From positions 1 through 64,000 of IMG/VR virus record IMGVR_UViG_3300025919_000136: 64,000 nucleotides of DNA, one strand, 5' to 3'. The notes under the pieces are model-generated. The model had not been told where the DNA came from. It did not search any database and saw nothing but the letters and a program-made list of their open reading frames with translations. Source of the stretch: a virus. Positions 8,722 to 18,902 of the stretch are shown here, piece after piece; position 1 is the first letter of the stretch; each line of letters opens with the position of its first letter. Both the position numbers and the translations under genes were made by a program.

Positions 8722-11115
8722 ATGACTGCCACGCCTGCACTACAATTAGAAAACGACTTCATTAGTGGGACTTCTGTTTCGTTCCCTAATGGTACTCCTA
8801 TACCAGGACCTTACCTGAACCAACTATCCAACGACTTGGATACGTTCAGCCAGAGTCTTTGTGCGGCGTTAGGTGCGGGGTTGCTATCTTGGCCGTCCGC
8901 GAACTCCTTCGCGCTGAGCGTTGGCACCGGGGCGAACGTGAACGCGGCAAGCGGTGCGGCCATTGCGTATTCTTCGGCTCACGGGGCTTGGGTGCCGCTA
9001 CGAAGCACTTCAGCCCGCACCAATGCAGTGACTGGTGGCATCCCAGCTGGTACGTGGTTCCTCTTCGCTTCGGCAGGATTCTCTAGCACCCCCACCCTTG
9101 ACTCCGCTCAAAGTGGGTATAATTCAATTGCCTATGGTGCCACAGCAGTCATGGACGGCGGAGTACTACTTGCTAAAGCAGTATCCACCGGCAGTGCCAT
9201 TACCAGTCTTGTGGACATGCGCGACCAGACGCGACTGGTGCCGTGGGATCCCTTCGGCATGGATCCGACCACTACGACAGGCCTCATCTTCGGCACCAAG
9301 AAAGGTGTGACTAAAGATAGTAGCAGTGTATATCACTTGGTAGCTGCCAGCACCAGTACTTTAGCTGCCAGCACCGCGAACCAATTCCTGCAAGTCAACC
9401 CAGCTAACGGAGCGCTGTCCGTCACCACCACGCCCAACAATGCCTACGTGTCGCTATGGAGTTTCGATACTGACGGAGCAAATATCACGCGGGCGGACCG
9501 TCTGTTCCCCGCAGCACAACTTGGCGGGGCTGCCGGAGTGGCTTCCTTCACGGCCACGGCCCCGCTAACCAACACAGGTACCTCTACGGATCCTGTCGTG
9601 GCAATCAGTGCTGGCGGCATTACGGATACCTATACAGGTAACCGTACTATCGACCAGACGCAAGTTCCGGCTACAGATACGGACACGCCTACGAAGTTGC
9701 TAAGTTACTTAGCGAACCGAATCAAGCATATCACCAACAAGGCTAACTGGAAGACGGACGGCGATATCCAGTTGGATGCCGTGGCAACTCACGTAGCTGC
9801 AGCGGCCCCACACTCCGGACACCTGAAGGCGGATGGCACTGTAGCTTCCACTGCTGATCAGAACTTAGGTGGGTTCAAATACACCAACGCGGCGGATGGC
9901 GTGGCAGCTACGGACCTAGCTACAGTGGGACAGATGTCTGCTTTGGCTGGAGGCTACATCCCGGCTCGCGGCGTGAAAGCAGCGGCCACCGGTAACGTCA
10001 ATATTGCTAACCCAGGGACGGCAGTGTTCGACGGCATCACTCTGACCAATCCTGGCGCGGATCGGGTCTTGCTGCCGAATCAAACTACAACCACGGAGAA
10101 TGGGGTCTACATTTGGAATGGGTCTGCGGTCGCCATGACTCGTTCCAGTGACCTTAACTCCAGTGGGGAACTCGTTCCTGGTGTACGTGTTCCAGTAGAA
10201 GCCGGACCTACATACGGACACTATGCGCTATACATATACTCCGCAGGTACGATGGGGACGGATCCCATCCTCTGGCAGGTGGACGCAGGAAGCGTGGGTG
10301 GAGAAGCCAATACTGCTTCCAACCAAGGTTCGGGACAATCTCTCTTCTACCAGAAGAGCGGTATCGATCTACAGTTCTACGGGATTGCTGCGGCAGACAG
10401 TACTATTGCAGTAGCGTTGGACGGCACCAATAAGAACGTGACGGTTGGTGTAAACCAAGCGAACCTGGATGTGGCGAACTTCACCAATCTGGTCGGGCCT
10501 ACGAAGGGTGGAACTGGGCTGAGCGCGTTCGGTATCGGTAGTTTCCTGATTGCCACGGCAGCGAACGTATGGAGTGCACTCGCGGGCAACACCACTACTA
10601 CGCGCAAGCTACTGTTTAGTGTTGGCGTTAGCGGCGTAGCAACCGCGCCTTTTCTGGACACAATCCAGTCTGGTGACCTACCTATCATGGGGGCTAGCGG
10701 TGGGAGCCACGCGCCGGGAGCGGTAGGGGATCCGGGAGCTACTGCTGGAGCTACGCGCTACTGGCGGGAAGATGGTTCTTGGTCGGTCCCCGCAGCAGCC
10801 ACTCCAGGCGTGGTGCCATTGGACGGGTCCGCCAGCCCAATTGCCATCATTCCAGCTAACGGTAATATATTCAAAGCTTCCAGTGCAGCGGACCGAACCT
10901 TGGATGCTCCAGGCTCGATGGCCGAAGGTCAATGGTTCGAGGTATGGTGGAAGAACACGGATAGCTCCAGCCATACCCTGACGTTGAACGCCGCCTATGC
11001 CTTCAGCGCTAATGTCAGCGCACTTCCTACAGTACCCGCTGGCAAGACGCTACTACTGGTGTTCCGCGTGATTGACGGCGTGGCTACTGTGGTAGCAGAT
11101 AACCTGACGATATAA
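8722..11115 (+). CDS. Tail fibre protein
   Basis: 797 aa, Thr/Ala/Gly-rich; VKAAAT..DGITL..DRVLL.NQT...ENGVY fibre module. Confidence 0.7.
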   Translation: MTATPALQLENDFISGTSVSFPNGTPIPGPYLNQLSNDLDTFSQSLCAALGAGLLSWPSANSFALSVGTGANVNAASGAAIAYSSAHGAWVPLRSTSARTNAVTGGIPAGTWFLFASAGFSSTPTLDSAQSGYNSIAYGATAVMDGGVLLAKAVSTGSAITSLVDMRDQTRLVPWDPFGMDPTTTTGLIFGTKKGVTKDSSSVYHLVAASTSTLAASTANQFLQVNPANGALSVTTTPNNAYVSLWSFDTDGANITRADRLFPAAQLGGAAGVASFTATAPLTNTGTSTDPVVAISAGGITDTYTGNRTIDQTQVPATDTDTPTKLLSYLANRIKHITNKANWKTDGDIQLDAVATHVAAAAPHSGHLKADGTVASTADQNLGGFKYTNAADGVAATDLATVGQMSALAGGYIPARGVKAAATGNVNIANPGTAVFDGITLTNPGADRVLLPNQTTTTENGVYIWNGSAVAMTRSSDLNSSGELVPGVRVPVEAGPTYGHYALYIYSAGTMGTDPILWQVDAGSVGGEANTASNQGSGQSLFYQKSGIDLQFYGIAAADSTIAVALDGTNKNVTVGVNQANLDVANFTNLVGPTKGGTGLSAFGIGSFLIATAANVWSALAGNTTTTRKLLFSVGVSGVATAPFLDTIQSGDLPIMGASGGSHAPGAVGDPGATAGATRYWREDGSWSVPAAATPGVVPLDGSASPIAIIPANGNIFKASSAADRTLDAPGSMAEGQWFEVWWKNTDSSSHTLTLNAAYAFSANVSALPTVPAGKTLLLVFRVIDGVATVVADNLTI

Positions 11116-11119
11116 GAAT

Positions 11120-11737
11120 ATGTCTAATATACTCGTGTCTGGTGCAGGCTCTGCAGACTACAACGGCACTTACGCGCCTTCTGGTACTCACGGAGGCGTG
11201 CCCATGTATGCGCTGGACGGAACACATGTCCTATACTGCAATGCAGGCACATGGTACCTGGCACCAGATGTGTTCACCGTTTCAGTTGCCTACCACTCGA
11301 CAGTTATATCAACTCCGAACGTGTCGTTAACTGGATGGGTTACTGATTTTGGTACGGCTCCTGTACCAATACTTACAGGGGACATTACCCCAGCTGCTCC
11401 AACCCTATTCCCATTCCACACTCCGGGACCACAACCATCAATCACCATTGACACTCCAGCACAGCCATCTGGTGCGGATACATACTGCGATATCCAATAC
11501 TCCGACGATGGCGGCAGTACCTGGCACGACTGGGACACAGCAAACGTTCCGTGGTCCGGGTCGCGGACCTATAACTGGCCTTCTCCGGTTCCGCTGGTGC
11601 CAGGCGCGACCTATCAGTTTCGTTGTGTAGCCTACACCACCTACCACAGTGCTGGTTCTACTCCTGGAACTGCAGCCTCTTGTACCCTTCTCGGACCCAT
11701 TCAAACCGGTGGCGCAGGATTCTTCTTCGGCCCCTAA
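11120..11737 (+). CDS. Tail-associated protein with FN3-like C-terminus
   Basis: IQYSDDGGSTW...LVPGATYQFRCVA motif. Confidence 0.55.
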   Translation: MSNILVSGAGSADYNGTYAPSGTHGGVPMYALDGTHVLYCNAGTWYLAPDVFTVSVAYHSTVISTPNVSLTGWVTDFGTAPVPILTGDITPAAPTLFPFHTPGPQPSITIDTPAQPSGADTYCDIQYSDDGGSTWHDWDTANVPWSGSRTYNWPSPVPLVPGATYQFRCVAYTTYHSAGSTPGTAASCTLLGPIQTGGAGFFFGP

Positions 11738-11764
11738 CTGTTCGCTATATACCAATTACTAAGT

Positions 11765-11818
11765 GCGGAGCACTCTCTCCAGAAAAACGGCCCCATCTTC
11801 TGGACAGGATGCTCCGCG
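11765..11818. repeat. Inverted doublet of the 28-bp element at the convergent operon junction
   Basis: gcggagcactctctccagaaaaacGGCCccatcttctggacaggatgctccgcg. Confidence 0.9.
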
Positions 11819-12011
11819 GTCCGTAAATAGTAGTAGTATGGGTGTATAGCGGGTGGTGTTGGTTGCTCCGTTCGGCTGTAGCCCGCTTGGGCCGACGGCT
11901 GGCGGCTTGCGCAAAACCGGCGAGCCCACTGGGGCGGTTGGGCGGAAACTCGGCGGTTTTGGAAGGCGAAGCGACACGGAGAACAGAAGCGAAAGTAGTC
12001 TTCGGGCCATT

Positions 12012-12221
12012 CTACGGCCCGCTGAGGTAGGGGCGGTTAGCAGGTTCCAATAAACGCAGATCTTCCTCGGGGAAGCGAACCTTCCACTCCAGGTTGTATC
12101 CGGCTAGGAGGACCGTTAGTCCGCTATGCTCCCCTAGTAGGGCTATGACTTCTCCGACATCTCCGTGGACCTCAGAGTGATCCAGCACCTGCACCATATC
12201 TCCAACTTCGAATTTCTTCAT
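12012..12221 (-). CDS. Small SH3/KOW-like protein
   Basis: KFEVGDMVQV...GDVGEVI pattern; ATGA overlap with upstream gene. Confidence 0.55.
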   Translation of the reverse strand: MKKFEVGDMVQVLDHSEVHGDVGEVIALLGEHSGLTVLLAGYNLEWKVRFPEEDLRLLEPANRPYLSGP

Positions 12222-14341
12222 TCAGCCCTCCGAACCTTCACGCGCCTAATACTAGGCTTAGTTGGTGGGGTGACCTTCTTCAGCCCAGCCGCTTCCCACA
12301 GATTTGCCACATGATCCGTGGCACCATACAAGTAACGCGGAGCGCCCCGCCCAAACGGATTCTCCGTTCGTGTCTTGGTGACGGCTCCCAGCAAGTAGAG
12401 ATCCTCTAGTTGGTCGCGCAGAGTCGTCAATGGGATATCCAACTTCTCGCACAGTGGTTCAATGAAGAAGTCTCCATCGTTACAAAAAGCTGCCACAGCT
12501 TCTAGGTTGAATCCTACGCAAGTATCCAGTGCTACCCGGCTCACTATGGCGTAGTTGTCCTCGTCCAGTTTGGGCACGTGGGATAGGAGCGACAGTCCGT
12601 AGGTCAACTTGGTAAGCTGCTTGCCAATGCGGGTACCCATCTCGTGCTGGGGACGGTACTGCAACTTCTCTTGCCCTCCCGACCACGCTCGGTTCACGTT
12701 AGCGCGAAGGATGCCGACCAGCGAAGCTAAAGCGACGATCTTCGTGATGAGCCACTCAGGCATCGTTGGCAGAGAGTATGGATCGATCTTGACTTCAACG
12801 AACCGCTGGACGATTTCGTGCAGTCCTTCGCGCATGCCAATCTCGTGACCTACGTTGCCAATGGCCGTGCGAATGGCCGCGTCCGCGTTGGGATTGTGTC
12901 CAACTCCCTTGACCAAGTGGAACATCAAGAACCGCTCGCCTAGGGCTGCGGTTCGCTCACCGAACACGGCATGAGTGACGCCGCTGATCATGTTGAATTG
13001 AACTTCATAGTTGCGCACCAATCCGTTCCCATAGTGCTTGGTGACAGAACCGTCGTAGGCACCGCGTAGGGTGCCGTAGATTTCGTCACGTTGGGTGGAG
13101 GGGAGGTTCAGGATCTCGGTGAAGTCCTTCAGTACGAAGGTCTTCTTGTTCAGCTTAGGTAGCAAGGATGGATCACCACCACCCCGCGTGGCAAATCCCG
13201 AAACCAAACTATGTGCCGTTAAGGTACTAGCGAAGTAGCACGACGGGCAACCACTAAGGGGCATCAGGAGTTCCGTTTTCGCGGTTCCTGGAGGGGATAC
13301 GATATGCATCCAGAGCGGATCACCACCAATCTGGTTCGAGAGTACCACCGCGAAGATTAGCTTGAGCCCCGTCACCATATCGTCCGACATCTTCAAGTGC
13401 TGACGGAACACAGCCAGGACTTCCTCGAAGGTTGGACGATCCGTGGAGTCTGGAGGCGGAAGCGATTCTATGTGGGCAGCTTGCTCCGCCTGTTCGTTTA
13501 TGTCGGCTTCGGAAACGTAGGTGGTTACTAGGGACTGCAATTCTTCGTAAGTGCCACCAGCAACCACGAAGTCCCGGACATCAAACTTGTTAGGTAGTGA
13601 CTCAGGCCACTTGAGGTGCAGAAACTGAGTGGCATGTCCGGCCAACTTGCCCGACAATCTATCAGTGCCTTTTACTCCACCCAAGTCATGGTCGTAGCAG
13701 CAGATGACGGTCCGCCCCGACACATACTCCGACCAGCGCTCCTTCCATACTCCCGCTCCAGGGACTCCTATCACGCAGCCAACTTCGTTGGCTGTCTCCA
13801 GAAGATGGCGCAACGCGATGGCATCCCATTCGCCCTCGCAAATATATACTGGTTCGCAGGATTTTTCTAGATCCAGCAGGGCAGATAGGTTCCATATAGA
13901 GAGTTCCAGTCCCCAAATGGATTCTAGCTTGAAATCTTCACCGCACCTGCGGAAGTTAACAATCTTGCCGTGGCCATTGTAGATTGGGATGTACCAATGG
14001 ACCCCATCGTGGACGACTCCGGTTTGTTGTAGGACTTGAGGCGGTAGGTGGCGGCTAGCAGCCAGTTCGGCTAGCCATTCGGGTATTGGAGTGGTAATGG
14101 GTAGGTGGTACATTTTGTACCACTCCGCTAAGAATGTATAGGTATTACCGTTCAACCCACAGGAGCCAGCCTTGCAATCCCACTGGCCCGTTGCGGCGTT
14201 GATGTACAGCTTCTTGCGTCCTCCACAAAAGAGGCAGTCGCCGTAGTATTCGTCTCCCGCATGATTGTCCGCGTGATATTCGAAGCCTAATGCGATGAAC
14301 GGTCTAAGTTTGGGAGGAACTTCGGATGAGCTCCTCGCCAT
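12218..14341 (-). CDS. Primase-helicase fusion: Zn finger + TOPRIM + MCM-like AAA+ ATPase
   Basis: CLFC...CKAGSC; EGEWDA, YDHDLGG (TOPRIM); IVSPPGTAKTELL, ALGERF, GTRIGKQL (MCM-like); start coupled by TAATG overlap. Confidence 0.8.
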   Translation of the reverse strand: MARSSSEVPPKLRPFIALGFEYHADNHAGDEYYGDCLFCGGRKKLYINAATGQWDCKAGSCGLNGNTYTFLAEWYKMYHLPITTPIPEWLAELAASRHLPPQVLQQTGVVHDGVHWYIPIYNGHGKIVNFRRCGEDFKLESIWGLELSIWNLSALLDLEKSCEPVYICEGEWDAIALRHLLETANEVGCVIGVPGAGVWKERWSEYVSGRTVICCYDHDLGGVKGTDRLSGKLAGHATQFLHLKWPESLPNKFDVRDFVVAGGTYEELQSLVTTYVSEADINEQAEQAAHIESLPPPDSTDRPTFEEVLAVFRQHLKMSDDMVTGLKLIFAVVLSNQIGGDPLWMHIVSPPGTAKTELLMPLSGCPSCYFASTLTAHSLVSGFATRGGGDPSLLPKLNKKTFVLKDFTEILNLPSTQRDEIYGTLRGAYDGSVTKHYGNGLVRNYEVQFNMISGVTHAVFGERTAALGERFLMFHLVKGVGHNPNADAAIRTAIGNVGHEIGMREGLHEIVQRFVEVKIDPYSLPTMPEWLITKIVALASLVGILRANVNRAWSGGQEKLQYRPQHEMGTRIGKQLTKLTYGLSLLSHVPKLDEDNYAIVSRVALDTCVGFNLEAVAAFCNDGDFFIEPLCEKLDIPLTTLRDQLEDLYLLGAVTKTRTENPFGRGAPRYLYGATDHVANLWEAAGLKKVTPPTKPSIRRVKVRRAE

Positions 14342-15324
14342 TAGATAGTTGCTCCCTCCAGAAGTAAGCCACACTCGCGCAACTTATCCAGCAGATAGCT
14401 TCCCATGCAGTCGTCCACTAACTTCATGGTGGTGCCGAGTTCGTCGTAGGAGGAAATCCACGAAGGCTTGAGTGGTTCAGGGAAGTACTGCTTCGCCCCT
14501 TCAATCCAGCCTTCGCGGATCCACCGGCCAAGTTGCTCAGCAGTGGGACGGTCCCTCATAGCTAGTTGGGCAAGGTCCGGCAGGGTTAGCCCGGTGTTCT
14601 TCTGGACCTGAACCACACGATCATCCCAGAGGGATTGCATGCGGAAGTCCTTTACGTTCGTCACCGGCAATTCCAAGCCAATGTGCTTCTCGCACCACTT
14701 CTCCACTACGTCTCGAGCCTTGGAAGCATCCCTCGTGGGGTCGTCGCGGACAGATACCCGACTAGTAAAGATGCGCACGTCGTGGCCGTTGTAGAGCCAT
14801 TCGCGGACACGATCTACCATAAGCGGGATCGGTTCGCCAATGTGGTTGATCCCCTTCCAAGCGTCATACTCGGCCAAGGTACCGTCCAAGTCCACTCCAA
14901 TCCAACCATGACGCTTAACCATCTCTCCCAGAAAAACGGACACCCCACTTCCACCGAATGTGGAAGCGTGGGCGGCGTTGGTTGGGTGTGTAGTGTCAGG
15001 AGTACCTGCCATCCACAAATAAATGTCCTTGGCCCCTTCATACATGCGAAGGTAGCTACAAAACTTCGCTAGCTCTAGGCTAGGGCGGACTATATTTTCT
15101 GGCTGGAGGAAGTATTCCTGTCTGAGCGCGAACATCTTCGCGGTGCCTGCGGGCGTCCACATCAACATCTGGTGCATGCGATCCGAACGGACCTTGCGAA
15201 TGGCGAATAGGCAGCCATCATACTGCCCAACGCCACTGGTAATTTGGAAGCGGTGATCGGCTTCCTCGAGTTGGATGCCTTTTGGCTGTGGGGCTGGTTG
15301 CGGGACTTCAGTTGTCTGACACAT
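14341..15324 (-). CDS. Multi-domain protein with HAD phosphatase (PNK 3'-phosphatase-like)
   Basis: WIGVDLDGTLA, IFTSR, K...LWDDR HAD motifs. Confidence 0.7.
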   Translation of the reverse strand: MCQTTEVPQPAPQPKGIQLEEADHRFQITSGVGQYDGCLFAIRKVRSDRMHQMLMWTPAGTAKMFALRQEYFLQPENIVRPSLELAKFCSYLRMYEGAKDIYLWMAGTPDTTHPTNAAHASTFGGSGVSVFLGEMVKRHGWIGVDLDGTLAEYDAWKGINHIGEPIPLMVDRVREWLYNGHDVRIFTSRVSVRDDPTRDASKARDVVEKWCEKHIGLELPVTNVKDFRMQSLWDDRVVQVQKNTGLTLPDLAQLAMRDRPTAEQLGRWIREGWIEGAKQYFPEPLKPSWISSYDELGTTMKLVDDCMGSYLLDKLRECGLLLEGATI

Positions 15325-15339
15325 AAATATAGACTCCTT

Positions 15340-15576
15340 CTACGGCTTTGAACTGCTTTTCTGCTTCATCCATCTACGCTTCTGTCCGGTGCTCCGCTCG
15401 TTGCGACGGGCACGGAATTCTACATTTCCATCTACTATCCGGAACTCAAACTCGTGGACCAGCCCACAGTCGCAACACGAAATCTTGTGAACTGGAGCGT
15501 CGGGTCTAATCCAATAGGTCCAGTTCCCGTCGCCTTTCTCCCCGTCAACGTGCTGTATGTATGGCTTAGACATCAA
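15340..15576 (-). CDS. Small Cys/His phage protein
   Basis: CCDCGLVH; overlaps polymerase stop. Confidence 0.6.
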   Translation of the reverse strand: MMSKPYIQHVDGEKGDGNWTYWIRPDAPVHKISCCDCGLVHEFEFRIVDGNVEFRARRNERSTGQKRRWMKQKSSSKP

Positions 15577-17719
15577 TCGCTACCTTCTCATCCCAGGACG
15601 ACACACACCGTTTGAACTCAACCGGCATGGGCACATCAATACGGCCTTCGTTGTCGGACATGATGTCAATCATGCCGCGAACCAGCCACTTGTATGCGTC
15701 CCGTTGGTGTACCTCGAAGATGATTTCGTCATGCACGGGCATGACAACGTAGGCCCTAGCCCCAACCTCCTTGAAGTACTTCTCGCAGCGGATCATGGAA
15801 TCCTTCACCATGCACGCTGCAGTGGATTGGATCATGTAGTTGACGGCCTTGTAGGGCTTGTCTTCCTCGATGTGAACCTTGCGGCCATACGGGTTCACGA
15901 TATACCCATCCCGCGACGCTTGCTTGATGAGCATATCCATATACTGCCGCATCTCTGGGAGCGCTCCGCTCAGTTCGCGCAGGAACTGGGTGGCTTCCTG
16001 GAGCGAACAGTAGAGCAGTTCCGTAATGGTGCTAGGGCCACCACCATAGATCATGGCAAACATGATAACTTTGGCCCGCCCACGGCTGTTACTCTTGCCG
16101 ACGGACTTCTCTGCCTTCACGATATCATATCCGTGTCGTGCCAGAAAATGGTCCGCCAACTCCTGGGAGCGTTGGGAGTAGAAGCCATAGGTCATAGCTG
16201 CTTTGGAGTTCCACTCATACTCCTGCCAGAGAGCGGCCACTTCTGGGGATGATGGTTCGTTGCGGCCCAAGTCCAGCGCGTATGAAGCGGCCTTCAATGC
16301 AGAGGGATTGTTGCGTCCACCCCATGCCTTATTCGCGCAAGCGGAGTTGGGGTCCCTACCAGCGGATATCTCTTGCAGTAGGAAGGGGATTTGGCCTATT
16401 GCGGCAAATAAGCGAAGTTCTTGTTGCGAATAGTCTCCGGTGTACCAGATGTGATTTGCACGAGGACCAAATGGAATGCGGGGGCGATAAGACCCTATAT
16501 TTGCATGGGCGGTGCGAGGGTTACCAACCTGCATCATGTTAGGGCTATTTGCGCTTAATCTAAATGTCGTGGTTCCGCACTGGTTCACCGAAGGGTGGAC
16601 ACACATACCTCCTGGTGCCAACGGATCCGGCAGCATGAGTTCGAGGTACTTATCGAAGAACAGTTTAATGGCTTGCTCCGCAGCCCGGTAGCCTACAAGC
16701 TCCAACACAAACGGCTCCGTCATCAGTTCGCGGAGCGCATTCTTGTCGGTGGAGTATTCGCCGCTATCCGACGTCCGCGTGGTCGTCAGGCCAAGTCCGC
16801 CTTGTTCGGGCGCATTGTATAACAAGCGGCGAAGTTGGAGCGGGGAGTTGGGGTTGAATTCCAACGAAGTGGCGTCCGCTCCAGCAACGTATGCATCGGG
16901 ATTGTGTGGCCGTAGACCTTTCTCCGCAATCATGCCGAGCATAGACTGGTGGTGCTTGTTCAGCGCAGTAAGTGCCTTATCGTGCTCTTCCTTGACCTTA
17001 GTGGGGTCCAGACGCATACCTCGACGTTCCAACTTCACCATGATCGGCCACAGTTCTCGCTCTGCTTCGTACCCGGCACTAAGGACTTCGTCGTTGTCGA
17101 ACTTCTCCTGGTAGTACAGATGCAGCCCCATGGTGCGGAAGGTATCCATGCGACAGTACTTCTCGCAGCCTTCGGAATCCAGATCGAAACACTTAGGGAG
17201 CCAATAGTCTTGCTCCGCCACTTCGCCGAGTTTGATGAGTGGGCGGTTAGCTTTGGCCGCTACTCGGTTCAACGACTGGCAATGCCGTCGCCACTTCTTG
17301 ACTTCCTCGCGGAGCGTGGATTCGTCATCAATGGGGATGCCGAGATACTTACGGGCAAGTGCCTTCAAGCCGTAGGTATACTCCAGGTTATATGCCACGC
17401 GGGCCTCGATGTGGGTATCGTGGATTGGCCCGGCCATGGGGATACCCAGCGTCTCCAGCATGAAGCAGTCGAACTTGGCGTTATGGAAGATTTTGGGTAG
17501 GTCCTCGCGCGAACAGAGTTCGCGCAGCCACTCAATATCCTCCTCCACCACTTCCGGTTCCCTAGTATATGGATCCACGCCCCACTCGACGTAGGCCGTG
17601 TTGCCATCCTGATCACACAGTCCCACAGCGAACGGTTTGTCGCCATGCCAATGCATAATTCCGGTTGTCTCACAGTCTATAGCGACGGCCTCGGTTGGGT
17701 TGAACTTACCTATGTCCAT
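15566..17719 (-). CDS. Family A DNA polymerase with 3'-5' exonuclease
   Basis: DCETTG, HNAKFD, YCRMD (Exo I-III); DYSQQELR, RGRAKVIMFAMIYG, VHDE (motifs A-C). Confidence 0.95.
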   Translation of the reverse strand: MDIGKFNPTEAVAIDCETTGIMHWHGDKPFAVGLCDQDGNTAYVEWGVDPYTREPEVVEEDIEWLRELCSREDLPKIFHNAKFDCFMLETLGIPMAGPIHDTHIEARVAYNLEYTYGLKALARKYLGIPIDDESTLREEVKKWRRHCQSLNRVAAKANRPLIKLGEVAEQDYWLPKCFDLDSEGCEKYCRMDTFRTMGLHLYYQEKFDNDEVLSAGYEAERELWPIMVKLERRGMRLDPTKVKEEHDKALTALNKHHQSMLGMIAEKGLRPHNPDAYVAGADATSLEFNPNSPLQLRRLLYNAPEQGGLGLTTTRTSDSGEYSTDKNALRELMTEPFVLELVGYRAAEQAIKLFFDKYLELMLPDPLAPGGMCVHPSVNQCGTTTFRLSANSPNMMQVGNPRTAHANIGSYRPRIPFGPRANHIWYTGDYSQQELRLFAAIGQIPFLLQEISAGRDPNSACANKAWGGRNNPSALKAASYALDLGRNEPSSPEVAALWQEYEWNSKAAMTYGFYSQRSQELADHFLARHGYDIVKAEKSVGKSNSRGRAKVIMFAMIYGGGPSTITELLYCSLQEATQFLRELSGALPEMRQYMDMLIKQASRDGYIVNPYGRKVHIEEDKPYKAVNYMIQSTAACMVKDSMIRCEKYFKEVGARAYVVMPVHDEIIFEVHQRDAYKWLVRGMIDIMSDNEGRIDVPMPVEFKRCVSSWDEKVAIDV

Positions 17720-17742
17720 GGTTTACCAATGCCATTGCGGAG

Positions 17743-17793
17743 CGCGGAGATCTCTGCCAGAATACGGCCCCATCTTCTGGACAGAGTCTCTGC
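17743..17793. repeat. Inverted doublet of the 28-bp element upstream of the polymerase
   Basis: cgcggagatctctgccagaatacGGCCccatcttctggacagagtctctgc. Confidence 0.9.
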
Positions 17794-18111
17794 CTATAGT
17801 TCCCAGAACTTGTCGTACAATGCTAGTGTGCTCGCCCGTTCGTCGAGCGACATAGCCCGAAGTAGGTTAATACAGCGCTGGCACACATCGGCAAGGTGAG
17901 TGGATTCGCTTGGATCGGTTCGCGCTAGGTTTACTTGCTGCTGGCAGAAGTCTAGGTGCTCGTCTTCAAGGTTCCAGTCATCGATTACGATATGCAGGTG
18001 GCCACCAGTACTGTGCAGCTTGTATACCTCAGCGATCGCGGTGGCCGCCTGGTATACTAACGTAGATTGTATGGTTGGCGATCCATACTCCTGCCAGCAA
18101 CCATAGCACAT
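17794..18111 (-). CDS. Hypothetical protein (GGHLHIVIDDWN motif)
   Basis: ATG coupled to the SDR stop (TAATG). Confidence 0.6.
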   Translation of the reverse strand: MCYGCWQEYGSPTIQSTLVYQAATAIAEVYKLHSTGGHLHIVIDDWNLEDEHLDFCQQQVNLARTDPSESTHLADVCQRCINLLRAMSLDERASTLALYDKFWEL

Positions 18112-18902
18112 TAGACGCCCATCCCTCCCGGCATGGTCAGTACAGTGCCGGAGCATTGTTCGGGCAGACTGTTCACGGCGAAGTCATACAGCTTCCAGAC
18201 TTCGTCGAAAGTACATCCGCGCCCGAATGGGCTCTGGGAGAAGTACTTGGTGGCTTGCTCTTCGGACATACCTCGCGTCCGCTGAAGTTCGCGGATGGCT
18301 TGCGCCTTCATCTCCGTATCGTCAATGCCACCAGGGGCGATGGAACAGATGACGATAGGCAGCCGCCCCGCGAACTCCTTCGCGAAGACCTTCGTCAAGG
18401 CATCCAAACCAGCCTTCGAAGCACAGTACCCAGGGCTAGCCCGGAGGCTAATCTTGGTGCCCATGGACGAAGTATTCACGATGCGGCGCACTCCACTAAC
18501 AACGGCTTCATTACGGACTTGGCCGGTGCGTGTTTGCTCCGTTGAAACTTCGTTTTTAACCCGACGAGCGAATTCCCGGCAGAAAAGGAACGGAGCGACC
18601 AGGTTCACATTTAAAACGGCGCTGAAATCCCCCAAGGAGTGGTTCTCGAGGAAGTCGATCTTGGTCATCCCAGCGTTGTTGATGAGGCCGTCGATGGGGC
18701 CACCCATAGCGGCTTCGGCTTGGTCGAAGACGTGGTGGACTTCCTGCTCCATTGAGTACGGTTCGGGGTAGGTGGCGTTGAAGTCGCTCTCGAACTCCGG
18801 TCCGCCCAAACCCACTCCAAATACTGCATGCCCTTGCTCCAGCAGCCGTTCCCGGATATAGGCTCCAATGCTGCGCGAGCAGCCCGTCATTAAGATTCGC
18901 AT
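18111..18902 (-). CDS. Short-chain dehydrogenase/reductase (SDR)
   Basis: TGCSRSIG, NNAG, NTSS, YCASK, IAPGGIDD. Confidence 0.9.
   Translation of the reverse strand: MRILMTGCSRSIGAYIRERLLEQGHAVFGVGLGGPEFESDFNATYPEPYSMEQEVHHVFDQAEAAMGGPIDGLINNAGMTKIDFLENHSLGDFSAVLNVNLVAPFLFCREFARRVKNEVSTEQTRTGQVRNEAVVSGVRRIVNTSSMGTKISLRASPGYCASKAGLDALTKVFAKEFAGRLPIVICSIAPGGIDDTEMKAQAIRELQRTRGMSEEQATKYFSQSPFGRGCTFDEVWKLYDFAVNSLPEQCSGTVLTMPGGMGV

Noticed and set aside
8722-11737. Diversity-generating retroelement or invertible tail-fibre cassette
   Set aside because: No reverse transcriptase, invertase or template/variable repeat pair was seen.
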